Source of the DNA: Eledone cirrhosa
Taxonomy: Eukaryota
Direction: 5' to 3'
DNA: 64,000 nucleotides
NCBI GenBank assembly: GCA_964016885.1
Contig: OZ024740.1
Location: 316,448,001 to 316,512,000 of the forward strand
Of this stretch, positions 13,501-28,500 are shown in pieces (position 1 is the first letter of the stretch; every line of letters starts with the position of its first letter). Both the position numbers and the translations under genes were made by a program. Under the pieces are notes generated by a model. It did no database searches, was not told where the DNA came from, and worked only from the letters and a program-made list of their open reading frames with translations.

Positions 13501-16500
13501 GGACATTGCTATCATCATATATAGAACTATATTAAACTATTTTCTCCCCTCTTTCTGTTTCAACCAGCCATAACTGGCCACTCATACTGATTAAGGTATG
13601 GTTCTCAAAATAAATAATATCAAAATGTCATAGATTCGATAATATGATAGGTAAAGCCTTTATCATGAAAATATAATAGTAAATATAAAGTAATGTAAAT
13701 ACTAAAGTTTAAACTGTATTGAAACAACTACCATCATATATTAAACTGTTGGACACTACTACCATCATATATAGAACTATATTAAACTATTCGACACTAC
13801 TAACATCATATATAGAACTATTGGACACTACTACCATCATATATAGAATCATATTAAACTATTGGACACTACTACCATCATATATAGAACTATATTAAAC
13901 TATTGGACACTACTACCATCATATATAGAACTATATTAAACTTTTGGACACTACTACCATCATATATAGAATTATATTAAACTATTGGACACTACTACCA
14001 TCATATATAGAACTATATTAAACTATTGGACACTACTATCATCATATATAGAACTATATTAAACTATTGGACACTACTACCATCATATATAGAACTATAT
14101 TAAACTTATGGACACTACTACCATCATATATAGAACTATATTAAACTATTGAACACTACTACCATCATATATATAACTATTTTAAACTATTTGACACTAC
14201 TACCATCATATATAGAACTATATTAAACTATTGGACACTACTACCATCATATATAGAACTATATTAAACTTTTGGACACTACTACCATCATATATAGAAC
14301 TATATTAAACTACTTTCTCCCCTCTTTCTGTTTCAACCAACCATAACTGGCCACTCATACTGATTAAGGTATGGTTCTCAAAATAAATAATATCAAAATC
14401 TCATAGATTCGATAATATGTTAGGTAAAGCCTTTATCATGAAAATATAATAGTAAATATAAAGTAATGTAAATACTAAAGTTTAAACTGTTTTGAAACAA
14501 CTACCATCATATGTTAAACTGTTGGACACTGCTATCATCATATATAGAACTATATTAAATTGTTGGACACTACTACCATCATATATAGAACTATATTAAA
14601 CTATTGGACACTACTACCATCATATATAGAACTATAGTAAACTATTGGAAACTACTACCATCATCTATAGAACTATATTAAACAATTCGACACTACTACC
14701 ATCATATATAGAATCATATTAAACTATTGGACACTACTACCATCATATATAGAACTATATTAAACTATTCGACACTACTACCATCATATATAGAATCATA
14801 TTAAACTATTGGACACTACTACCATCATATATAGAACTATATTAAACTATTGGACACTACTACCATCATATATAGAACTATATTAAACTTTTGGACACTA
14901 CTACCATCATATATAGAACTATATTAAACTATTGGACACTACTACCATCATATATAGAACTATTTTAAACTATTGGACACTACTACCATCATATATAGAA
15001 CTATATTAAACTATTGGACACTACTACCATCATATATAGAACTATATTAAACTGTTGGACACTGCTATCATCATATATAGAACTATATTAAACTGTTGGA
15101 CACTACTACCATCATATATAGAACTATATTAAACTATTGGACACTACTACCATCATATATAGAACTATATTAAACTATTGGAAACTACTACCATTATCTA
15201 TAGAACTATATTAAACTATTGGACACTACTACCATCATATATAGAACTATATTAAACTATTGGACACTACTACCATCATATATAGAACCATATTAAACTA
15301 TTGGACACTACTACCATCATATATAGAACTACATTAAACTATTGGACACTACTACCATCATCTATAGAACTATATTAAACTATTGGACACTACTACCATC
15401 ATATATAGAACTATACTAAACTATTGGACACTACTACCATCATACATAGAACTATATTAAACTATTGGACACTACTACCATCATATATAGAATCATATTA
15501 CATTATTGGACACTACTACCATCATATATAGAACTATATTAATCTATTGGACACTACTGCCATCATATATAGAACTATATTAAACTATTGGACATTGCTA
15601 TCATCATATATAGAACTATATTAAACTATTTTCTCCCCTCTTTCTGTTTCAACCAACCATAACTGGCCACTCATACTGATTAAGGTATGGTTCTCAAAAT
15701 AAATAATATCAAAATCTCATAGATTCGATAATATGTTAGGTAAAGCCTTTATCATGAAAATATAATAGTAAATATAAAGTAATGTAAATACTAAAGTATA
15801 AACTGTATTGAAACAACTACCATCATATATTAAACTGTTAGACACTACTACCATCATATATAGAATCATATTAAACTATTGGACTCTACTACCATCATAT
15901 ATAGAACTATATTAAACTATTCGACACTACTACCATCATATATAGAATCATATTAAACTATTGGACACTACTACCATCATATATAGAACTATATTAAACT
16001 ATTGGACACTACTACCATCATATATAGAACTATATTAAACTATTGGACACTACTACCATCATATATAGAACTATATTAAACTTTTGGACACTACTACCAT
16101 CATATATAGAACTATATTAAACTATTGGACACTACCACCATCATATATATAACTATTTTAAACTATTGGACACTACTACCATCATATGTAGAACTATATT
16201 AAACTATTGGACACTACTACCATCATATATAGAACTATATTAAACTTTTGGACACTACTACCATCATATATAGAACTATATTAAACTATTGGACACTACT
16301 ACCATCATATATAGAACTATATTAAACTGTTGGACACTGCTATCATCATATATAGAACTATATTAAACTGTTGGACACTACTACCATCATATATAGAACT
16401 ATATTAAACTATTGGACACTACTACCATCATATATAGAACTATATTAAACTATTGGAAACTACTACCATTATCTATAGAACTATATTAAACTATTGGACA

Positions 16501-19500
16501 CTACTACCATCATATATAGAACTATACTAAACTATTGGACACTACTACCATCATATATAGAACTATATTAAACTATTGGACACTACTACCATCATATATA
16601 GAACCATATTAAACTATTGGACACTACTACCATCATATATAGAACTATATAAAACTATTGGACACTACTACCATCATATATAGAACTATTGGACACTACT
16701 ACCATCATATATAGAACTATATTAAACTATTGGACAATACTGCCATCATATATAGAACTATTTTTAACTATTGGACACTACTACCATCATATATAGAACC
16801 ATATTAAACTATTGTACACTACCACCATCATATATAGAACTATATTAAACTACTTTCTACCCTCTTTCTGTTTCAACCAACCATAACTGGCCACTCATAC
16901 TAATTAAGGTATGGTTCTCAAGATAAATAATATCAAAATCTCATAGATTCGATAATATGTTAGGTAAAGCCTTTATCATCAAAATATAATAGTAAGTATA
17001 AAGTAATGTAAATACTAAAGTTTAAACTGTATTGAAACAACTACCATCATATATTAAACTGTTGGACACTACGGCCATCATATATAGTACTATATTAAAC
17101 TTTTGGACACTACTACCATCATATATAGACCTATATTAAACTATTGGAAACTACTACCATCATCTATAGAACTATATTAAAGTATTGGACACTACTACCA
17201 TCATCTATAGAACTATATTAAACTATTGGACACTACTACCATCATATATAGAACTATATTAAACTGTTGGACACTGCTATCATCATATATAGAACTATAT
17301 TAAACTGTTGGACACTACTACCATCATATATAGAACTATATTAAACTGTTGGACAATACTACCATCATATATAGAACTATATTAAACTATTGGAAACTAC
17401 TACCATTATCTATAGAACTATATTAAACTATTGGACACTACTACCATCATATATAGAACTATACTAAACTATTGGACACTACTACCATCATATATAGAAC
17501 TATATTAAACTATTGGACACTACTACCATCATATATAGAACCATATTAAACTATTGGACACTACTACCATCATATATAGAACTATATTAAACTATTGGAC
17601 ACTACTACCATCATATATAGAACTATTGGACACTACTACCATCATATATAGAACTATATTAAACTATTGGACACTACTGCCATCATATATAGAACCATAT
17701 TAAACTATTGTACACTACCACCATCATATATAGAACTATATTAAACTACTTTCTCCCCTCTTTCTGTTTCAACCAACCATAACTGGCCACTCATACTGAT
17801 AAAGGTATTGTTCTCAAAATAAATAATATCAAAATCTCATAGATTCGATAATATGTTAGGTAAAGCCTTTATCATGAAAATATAATAGTAAGTATAAAGT
17901 AATGTAAATACTAAAGTTTAAACTGTATTAAAACAACTACCATCATATATTAAACTGTTGGACACTACGGCCATCATATATAGAACTATATTAAACTTTT
18001 GGACACTACTACCATCATATGTAGAACTATATTAAACTATTGGACACTACTACAATCTTATTTAGAACTATATTAAACTATTGGAAACTACTACCATCAT
18101 CTATAGAACTATATTAAACTATTGGACACTACTACCATCTTATATAGAACTATATTAAAGTATTGGACACTACTACCATCATCTATAGAACTATATTAAA
18201 CTATTGGACACTACTACCATCATATATAGAACTATATTAAAGTATTGGACACTATTACCATCATATATAGAACCATATTAAACTATTGGACACTACTACC
18301 ATCATATATAGAACTATATTAAACTATTGGACACTACTACCATCATATATAGAACTATATTAAACTATTGGACACTACTACCATCATATATAGAACTATA
18401 TTAAACTATTGGACACTACTGCCATCATATATAGAACTATATTAAACTATTGGACATTGCTATCATCGTATATAGAACTATATTAAACTATTTTCTCCAC
18501 TCTTTCTGTTTCAACCAACCATAACTGGCCACTCATACTGATTAAGGTATGGTTCTCAAAATAAATAATATCAAAATCTCATAGATTCGATAATATGTTA
18601 GGTAAAGCCTTTATCATGAAAATATAATAGTAAATATAAAGTAATGTAAATACTAAAGTTTAAACTGTATTGAAACAACTACCATCATATATTAAACTGT
18701 TGGACACTACTACCATCATATATAGAACTATATTAAACTATTCGACACTACTACCATCATATATAGAATCATATTAAACTATTGGACACTACTACCATCA
18801 TATATAGAACTATATTAAACTATTCGACACTACTACCATCATATATAGAATCATATTAAACTATTGGACACTACTACCATCATATATAGAACTATATTAA
18901 ACTATTGGACACTACTACCATCATATATAGAACGATATTAAACTATTGGACACTACTACCATCATATATAGAACTATATTAAACTTTTGGACACTACTAC
19001 CATCATATATAGAACTATATTAAACTATTGGACACTACTACCATCATATATAGAACTATTTTAATCTATTGGACCCTACTACCATCATATATAGAACTAT
19101 ATTAAACTATTGGACACTACTACCATCATATATAGAACTATATTAAACTTTTGGACACTACTACCATCATATTTAGAACTATATTAAACTATTGGACACT
19201 ACTACCATCATATATAGAACTATATTAAACTGTTGGACACGGCTATCATCATATATAGAACTATATTAAACTGTTGGACACTACTACCATCATATATAGA
19301 ACTATATTGAACTATTGGCCACTACTACCCTCATATATAGAACTATATTAAACTATTGGAAACTACTACCATTATCTATAGAACTATATTAAACTATTGG
19401 ACACTACTACCATCATATATAGAACTATATTAAACTATTGGACACTACTACCATCATATATAGAACCATATTAAACTATTGGACACTACTACCATCATAT

Positions 19501-22373
19501 ATAGAACTACATTAAACTATTGGACACTACTACCATCATCTATAGAACTATATTAAACTATTGGACACTACTACCATCATATATAGAACTATACTAAACT
19601 ATTGGACACTACTACCATCATATATAGAACTATATTAAACTATTGGACACTACTGCCACCATATATAGAACTATATTAAACTATTGGACACTACTACCAT
19701 CATATATAGAACTATATTAAACTATTGGACACTACTACCATCATATATAGAACTATATTAAACTATTGTACACTACCACCATCATATATAGAACTATATT
19801 AAACTACTTTCTCCCCTCTTTTTGTTTCAACCAACCATAACTGGCCACTCATACTAATTAAGGTATGGTTCTCAAGATAAATAATATCAAAATCTCATAG
19901 ATTCGATAATATGTTAGGTAAAGCCTTTATCATGAAAATATAATAGTAAGTATAAAGTAATGTAAATACTAAAGTTTAAACTGTATTGAAACAACTACCA
20001 TCATATATTAAACTGTTGGACACTACGGCCATCATATATAGAACTATATTAAACTTTTGGACACTACTACCATCATATATAGACCTATATTAAACTATTG
20101 GAAACTACTACCATCATCTATAGAACTATATTAAACTATTGGACACTACTACCATCATATATAGAACTATATTAAAGTATTGGACACTACTACCATCATA
20201 TATAGAACCATATTAAACTATTGGACACTACTACCATCATATATAGAACTATATTAAACTATTGGACACTACTACCATCATATATAGAACTATATTAAAC
20301 TATTGGACACTACTACCATCATATATAGAACTACTGGACACTACTACCATCATATATAGAACTATATTAAACTATTGGACACTACTGCCATCATATATAG
20401 AACTATATTAAACTATTGGACATTGCTATCATCATATATAGAACTATATTAAACTATTTTCTCCCCTCTTTTTGTTTCAACCAACCATAACTGGCCACTC
20501 ATACTGATTAAGGTATGGTTCTCAAAATAAATAATATCAAAATCTCATAGATTCGATAATATGTTAGGTAAAGCCTTTATCATGAAAATATAATAGTAAA
20601 TATAAAGTAATGTAAATACTAAAGTTTAAACTGTATTGAAACAACTACCATCATATATTAAACTGTTGGACACTACTACCATCATATATAGAACTATATT
20701 AAACTATTTGACACTACTACCATCATATATAGAATCATATTAAACTATTGGACACTACTACCATCATATATAGAACTATATTAAACTATTCGAAACTACT
20801 ACCATCATATATAGAATCATATTAAACTATTGGACACTACTACCATCATATATAGAACTATATTAAACTATTGGACACTACTACCATCATATATAGAACT
20901 ATATTAAACTATTGGACACTACTACCATCATATATAGAACTATATTAAACTTTTGGACACTACTACCATCATATATAGAACTATATTAAACTATTGGACA
21001 CTACTACCATCATATATAGAACTATTTTAAACTATTGGACACTACTACCATCATATATAGAACTATATTAAACTATTGGACACTACTACCATCATATATA
21101 GAACTATATTAAACTTTTGGACACTACTACCATCATATATAGAACTATATTAAACTATTGGACACTACTACCATCATATATAGAACTATATTAAACTGTT
21201 GGACACTGCTATCATCATATATAGAACTATATTAAACTGTTGGACACTACTACCATTATATATAGAACTATATTAAACTATTGGACACTACTACCATCAT
21301 ATATAGAACTATATTAAACTATTGGAAACTACCACCATTATCTATAGAACTATATTAAACTATTGGACACTATTACCATCATATATAGAACTATATTAAA
21401 CTATTGGACTCTACTACCATCATATATAGAACCATATTAAAATATTGGACACTACTACCATCATATATAGAACTACATTAAACTATTGGACACTACTACC
21501 ATCATCTATAGAACTATATTAAACTATTGGACACTACTACCATCATATATAGAACTATACTAAACTATTGGACACTACTACCATCATATATAGAACAATA
21601 CTAAACTATTGGACACTACTACCATCATATATAGAACCATATTAAACTATTGGACACTACTACCATCATATATAGAACTATATTAAACTATTGGACACTA
21701 CTACCATCATATATAGAACTATTGGACACTACTACCATCATATATAGAACTATATTAAACTATTGGACACTACTACCATCATATATAGAACTATATTAAA
21801 CTATTGGACACTACTACCATCATATATAGAACTATATTAAACTATTGGACACTACTACCATCATATATAGAACTATTGGACACTACTACCATCATATATA
21901 GAACTATATTAAACTATTGGACACTACTGCCATCATATATAGAACTATATTAAACTATTGGACATTGCTATCATCGTATATAGAACTATATTAAACTATT
22001 TTCTCCACTCTTTCTGTTTCAACCAACCATAACTGGCCACTCATACTGATTAAGGTATGGTTCTCAAAATAAATAATATCAAAATCTCATAGATTCGATA
22101 ATATGTTAGGTAAAGCCTTTATCATGAAAATATAATAGTAAATATAAATTAATGTAAATACTAAAGTTAGAATCATATTAAACTATTGGACACTACTACC
22201 ATCATATATAGAACTATATTAAACTACTTTCTCCCCTCTTTCTGTTTCAACCAACCATAACTGGCCACTCATACTGATTAAGGTATGGTTCTCAAAATAA
22301 ATTATATCAAAATCTCATAGATTCGATAATATGTTAGGTAAAGCCTTTATCATGAAAATATAATAGTAAGTAT

Positions 22374-22381
22374 AAAGTAAT
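22374..22381 (+). repeat. Left target-site duplication AAAGTAAT
   Basis: Identical to 22564-22571; present only once in uninterrupted cassettes. Confidence 0.9.
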
Positions 22382-22480
22382 TGTTTCTACTTTTGGCACA
22401 AGACCAGCAATTACCCAGTACACTACTGGTACTTTATTTTATCGACTCCGTAAGGATGAAAGGCAAAGTTAACCTCGACG

Positions 22481-22492
22481 GGATTTGAACTC
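22481..22492 (-). promoter_or_regulatory. RNA polymerase III B box of the SINE
   Basis: Minus strand GAGTTCAAATCC matches the GTTCRANNC consensus. Confidence 0.8.
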
Positions 22493-22543
22493 AAACCGTA
22501 AAGGGACGTAACTATGCTAGAAAGCATGGCGTCCAACCCTCTA

Positions 22544-22555
22544 CTGATACTGCCA
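22544..22555 (-). promoter_or_regulatory. Degenerate RNA polymerase III A box of the SINE
   Basis: Minus strand TGGCAGTATCAG partly matches TRGCNNARYNNG. It starts 8 nt from the element 5' end and lies ~51 nt upstream of the B box. Confidence 0.55.
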
Positions 22556-22563
22556 ATTCACCG

Positions 22564-22571
22564 AAAGTAAT
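22564..22571 (+). repeat. Right target-site duplication AAAGTAAT
   Basis: Identical to 22374-22381; the cassette resumes normally afterwards (GTAAATACTAAAGTTTAAAC). Confidence 0.9.
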
Positions 22572-25500
22572 GTAAATACTAAAGTTTAAACTGTATTGAA
22601 ACAACTACCATCATATATTAAACTGTTGGACACTACGGCCATCATATATAAAACTATATTAAACTATTGGACACCACTACCATCATATATAGAACTATAT
22701 TAAACTTTTGGACACTACTACCATCATATATAGAACTATATTAAACTGTTGGACACTGCTACCATAATATATAGAACTATATTAAACTGTTGGAAACTAC
22801 TACCATCATCTATAGAACTATATTAAACTATCGGACAATACTACCATCATATATAGAACTATATTAAACTGTTGGACACTGCTATCATCATATATAGAAC
22901 TATATTAAACTGTTGGACACTACTACCATCATATATAGAACTATATTAAACTATTGGACACTACTACCATCATATATAGAACTATATTAAACTGTTGGAC
23001 ATAACTACCATCATATATAGAACCATATTAAACTATTGGACACTACTACCATCATATATAGAACTATATTAAACTATTGGACACTACTACCATCAGATAT
23101 AAAACTATATTAAACTATTTTCCCACCTCTTTCTGTTTCAACCAACCATAACTGGCCACTCATACTGATTAATTTATGGTTCTCAAAATAAATAATATCA
23201 AAATCTCATAGATTCGATATTACGTCAGGTAAAGCCTTTATCATGAAAATATAATAGTAAATATAAAGTAATGTAAATACTAAAGTTTAAACTGTATTGA
23301 AACAACTACCATCATATATTAAACTGTTGGACACTACGGCCATCATATATAGAACTATATTAAATTATTGGACACTACTACCATCATATATAGAACTATA
23401 TTAAACTATTGGACACTACTACCATCATATATAGAACTATATAAAATATTGGACACTACTACCATCATATATAGAACTATATTAAACTGTTGGACACTGC
23501 TACCATCATATATAGAAATATATTAAATTGTTGGACACTACTACCATCATATATAGAACTATATTAAACTTTTGGACACTACTACCATCATCTATAGAAC
23601 TATATTAAACTATTGGACACTAGTACCATCATATATAGAACTATATTAAACTATTGGACACTACTAGCATCATATATAGAACTACATTAAACTATTGGAC
23701 ACTACTGCCATCATATATAGAACTATATTAAACTGTTAGACACTACTACCATCATATATAGAACTATATTAAACTATTGGACACTACTACCATCATATAT
23801 AGAACTATATTAAAGTATGGGACACTACTACCATCATATATAGAACTATACTAAACTATTGGACGCCACTAGCATCATATATAAAACTATATAATACTAT
23901 TTTCCCACCTCTTTCTGTTTCAACCAACCATAACTGGCCACTCATACTGATTAAGTTATGGTTCTCAAAATAAATAATATCAAAACCTCATAGATTCGAT
24001 ATTATGTCACGTAAAGCCTTTATCATGAAAATATAATTGTAAATATGAAGTAATGTAAATACTAAAGTTTAAACTGTATTGAAACAACTACCATCATATA
24101 TTAAACTGTTGGACACTACGGCCATCATATATAGAACTATATTAAATTATTGGGCACTACTACCATCATATATAGAACTATATTAAACTATTGGACACTA
24201 CTACCATCATATATAGAACTATTTTAATCTATTGGACCCTACTACCATCATATATAGAACTATATTAAACTATTGGACACTACTACCATCATATATAGAA
24301 CTATATTAAACTTTTGGACACTACTACCATCATATTTAGAACTATATTAAACTATTGGACACTACTACCATCATATATAGAACTATATTAAACTGTTGGA
24401 CACTGCTATCATCATATATAGAACTATATTAAACTGTTGGACACTACTACCATCATATATAGAACTATATTAAACTATTGGACACTACTACCATCATATA
24501 TAGAACTATATTAAACTATTGGAAACTACTACCATTATCTATAGAACTATATTAAACTATTGGACACTACTACCATCATATATAGAACTATATTAAACTA
24601 TTGGACACTACTACCATCATATATAGAACCATATTAAACTATTGGACACTACTACCATCATATATAGAACTACATTAAACTATTGGACACTACTACCCTC
24701 ATCTATAGAACTATATTAAACTATTGGACACTACTACCATCATATATAGAACTATACTAAACTATTGGACACTACTACCATCATATATAGAACTATATTA
24801 AACTATTGGACACTACTGCCACCATATATAGAACTATATTAAACTATTGGACACTACTGCCATCATATATAGAACTATAATAAACTATTGGACACTACTA
24901 CCATCATATATAGAACTATATTAAACTATTGTACACTACCACCATCATATATAGAACTATATTAAACTACTTTCTCCCCTCTTTCTGTTTCAACCAACCA
25001 TAACTGGCCACTCATACTAATTAAGGTATGGTTCTCAAGATAAATAATATCAAAATCTCATAGATTCGATAATATGTTAGGTAAAGCCTTTATCATGAAA
25101 ATATAATAGTAAGTATAAAGTAATGTAAATACTAAAGTTTAAACTGTATTGAAACAACTACCATCATATATTAAACTGTTGGACACTACGGCCATCATAT
25201 ATAGAACTATATTAAACTTTTGGACACTACTACCATCATATATAGACCTATATTAAACTATTGGAAACTACTACCATCATCTATAGAACTATATTAAACT
25301 ATTGGACACTACTACCATCATATATAGAACTATATTCAAGTATTGGACACTACTACCATCATCTATAGAACTATATTAAACTATTGGACACTACTACCAT
25401 CATATATAGAACTATATTAAAGTATTGGACACTACTACCATCATATATAGAACCATATTAAACTATTGGACACTACTACCATCATATATAGAACTATATT

Positions 25501-28500
25501 AAACTATTGGACACTACTACCATCATATATGGAACTATATTAAACTATTGGACACTACTACCATCATATATAGAACTACTGGACACTACTACCATCATAT
25601 ATAGAACTATATTAAACTATTGGACACTACTGCCATCATATATAGAACTATATTAAACTATTGGACATTGTTATCATCATATATAGAACTATATTAAACT
25701 ATTTTCTCCCCTCTTTTTGTTTCAACCAACCATAACTGGCCACTCATACTGATTAAGGTATGGTTCTCAAAATAAATAATATCAAAATCTCATAGATTCG
25801 ATAATATGTTAGGTAAAGCCTTTATCATGAAAATATAATAGTAAATATAAAGTAATGTAAATACTAAAGTTTAAACTGTATTGAAACAACTACCATCATA
25901 TATTAAACTGTTGGACACTACTACCATCATATATAGAACTATATTAAACTATTTGACACTACTACCATCATATATAGAATCATATTAAACTATTGGACAC
26001 TACTACCATCATATATAGAACTATATTAAACTATTCGAAACTACTACCATCATATATAGAATCATATTAAACTATTGGACAATACTACCATCATATATAG
26101 AACTATATTAAACTATTGGACACTACTACCATCATATATAGAACTATATTAAACTATTGGACACTACTACCATCATATATAGAACTATATTAAACTTTTG
26201 GAAACTACTACCATCATATATAGAACTATATTAAACTATTGGACACTACTACCATCATATATAGAACTATTTTAAACTATTGGACACTACTACCATCATA
26301 TATAGAACTATATTAAACTATTGGACACTACTACCATCATATATAGAACTATATTAAACTTTTGGACACTACTACCATCATATATAGAACTATATTAAAC
26401 TATTGGACACTACTACCATCATATATAGAACTATATTAAACTGTTGGACACTGCTATCATCATATATAGAACTATATTAAACTGTTGGACACTACTACCA
26501 TTATATATAGAACTATATTAAACTATTGGACACTACTACCATCATATATAGAACTATATTAAACTATTGGAAACTACTACCATTATCTATAGAACTATAT
26601 TAAACTATTGGACACTATTACCATCATATATAGAACTATATTAAACTATTGGACTCTACTACCATCATATATAGAACCATATTAAACTATTGGACACTAC
26701 TACCATCATATATAGAACTACATTAAACTATTGGACACTACTACCATCATCTATAGAACTATATTAAACTATTGGACACTACTACCATCATATATAGAAC
26801 TATACTAAACTATTGGACACTACTACCATCATATATAGAACAATACTAAACTATTGGACACTACTACCATCATATATAGAACCATATTAAACTATTGGAC
26901 ACTACTACCATCATATATAGAACTATATTAAAATATTGGACACTACTACCATCATATATAGAACTATTGGACACTACTACCATCATATATAGAACTATAT
27001 TAAACTATTGGACACTACTGCCATCATATATAGAACTATATTTAACTATTGGACACTACTACCATCATATATAGAACCATATTAAACTATTGTACAATAC
27101 CACCATCATATATAGAACTATATTAAACTACTTTCTCCTCTCTTTCTGTTTCAATCAACCATAACTGGCCACTCATACTGATTAAGGTATGGTTCTCAAA
27201 ATAAATAATATCAAAATCTCATAGATTCGATAATATGTTAGGTAAAGCCTTTATCATGAAAATATAATAGTAAGTATAAAGTAATGTAAATACTAAAGTT
27301 TAAACTGTATTGAAACAACTACCATCATATATTAAACTGTTGGACACTACGGCCATCATATATAAAACTATATTAAACTATTGGACACCACTACCATCAT
27401 ATATAGAACTATATTAAACTTTTGGACACTACTACCATCATATATAGAACTATATTAAACTGTTGGACACTGCTACCATAATATATAGAACTATATTAAA
27501 CTGTTGGAAACTACTACCATCATCTATAGAACTATATTAAACTATCGGACAATACTACCATCATATATAGAACTATATTAAACTGTTGGACACTGCTATC
27601 ATCATATATAGAACTATATTAAACTGTTGGACACTACTACCATCATATATAGAACTATATTAAACTATTGGACACTACTACCATCATATATAGAACTATA
27701 TTAAACTATTGGAAACTACTACCATCATCTATAGAAGTATATTAAACTATTGGACACTACTACCATCATATATAGAACTATATTAAACTATTGGACACTA
27801 CTACCATCATATATAGAACCCTATTAAACTATTGGACACTACTACCATCATATATAGAACTATATTAAACTATTGGACACTACTACCATCAGATATAAAA
27901 CTATATTAAACTATTTTCCCACCTCTTTCTGTTTCAACCAACCATAACTGGCCACTCATACTGATTAATTTATGGTTCTCAAAATAAATAATATCAAAAT
28001 CTCATAGATTCGATATTACGTCAGGTAAAGCCTTTATCATGAAAATATAATAGTAAATATAAAGTAATGTAAATACTAAAGTTTAAACTGTATTGAAACA
28101 ACTACCATCATATATTAAACTGTTGGACACTACGGCCATCATATATAGAACTATATTAAATTATTGGACACTACTACCATCATATATAGAACTATATTAA
28201 ACTGTTGGACACTACTACCATCATATATAGAACTATATAAAATATTGGACACTACTACCATCATATATAGAACTATATTAAACTGTTGGACACTGCTACC
28301 ATCATATACAGAAATATATTAAACTGTTGGACACTACTACCATCATATATAGAACTATATTAAACTTTTGGACACTACTACCATCATCTATAGAACTATA
28401 TTAAACTATTGGACACTAGTACCATCATATATAGAACTATATTAAACTATTGGACACTACTACCATCATATATAGAACTACATTAAACTATTGGACACTA

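Larger units (their letters stand above)
22382..22563 (-). mobile_element. tRNA-derived SINE-like insertion (182 bp) inside a cassette copy
   Basis: This is the only non-satellite sequence and is flanked by the direct repeat AAAGTAAT. The minus strand reads CGGTGAATTGGCAGTATCAG (A-box-like) ... GAGTTCAAATCC (B box) ... GAGGTTAACTTTGCCTTTCATCCTTACGGAGTCGATAAAATAAAGTACCAG. From memory, that last stretch resembles the conserved core of metazoan SINEs; I have not verified this by search. Confidence 0.88.

Noticed and set aside
22418-22427. GTACACTACT in the SINE matching a monomer variant, suggesting the satellite derives from the SINE
   Set aside because: It is only a 10-bp low-complexity match with no extension on either side.
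22470-22563. Functional tRNA gene
   Set aside because: It has A/B boxes but I could not build a cloverleaf. It continues into a SINE-like body and is bounded by a TSD.
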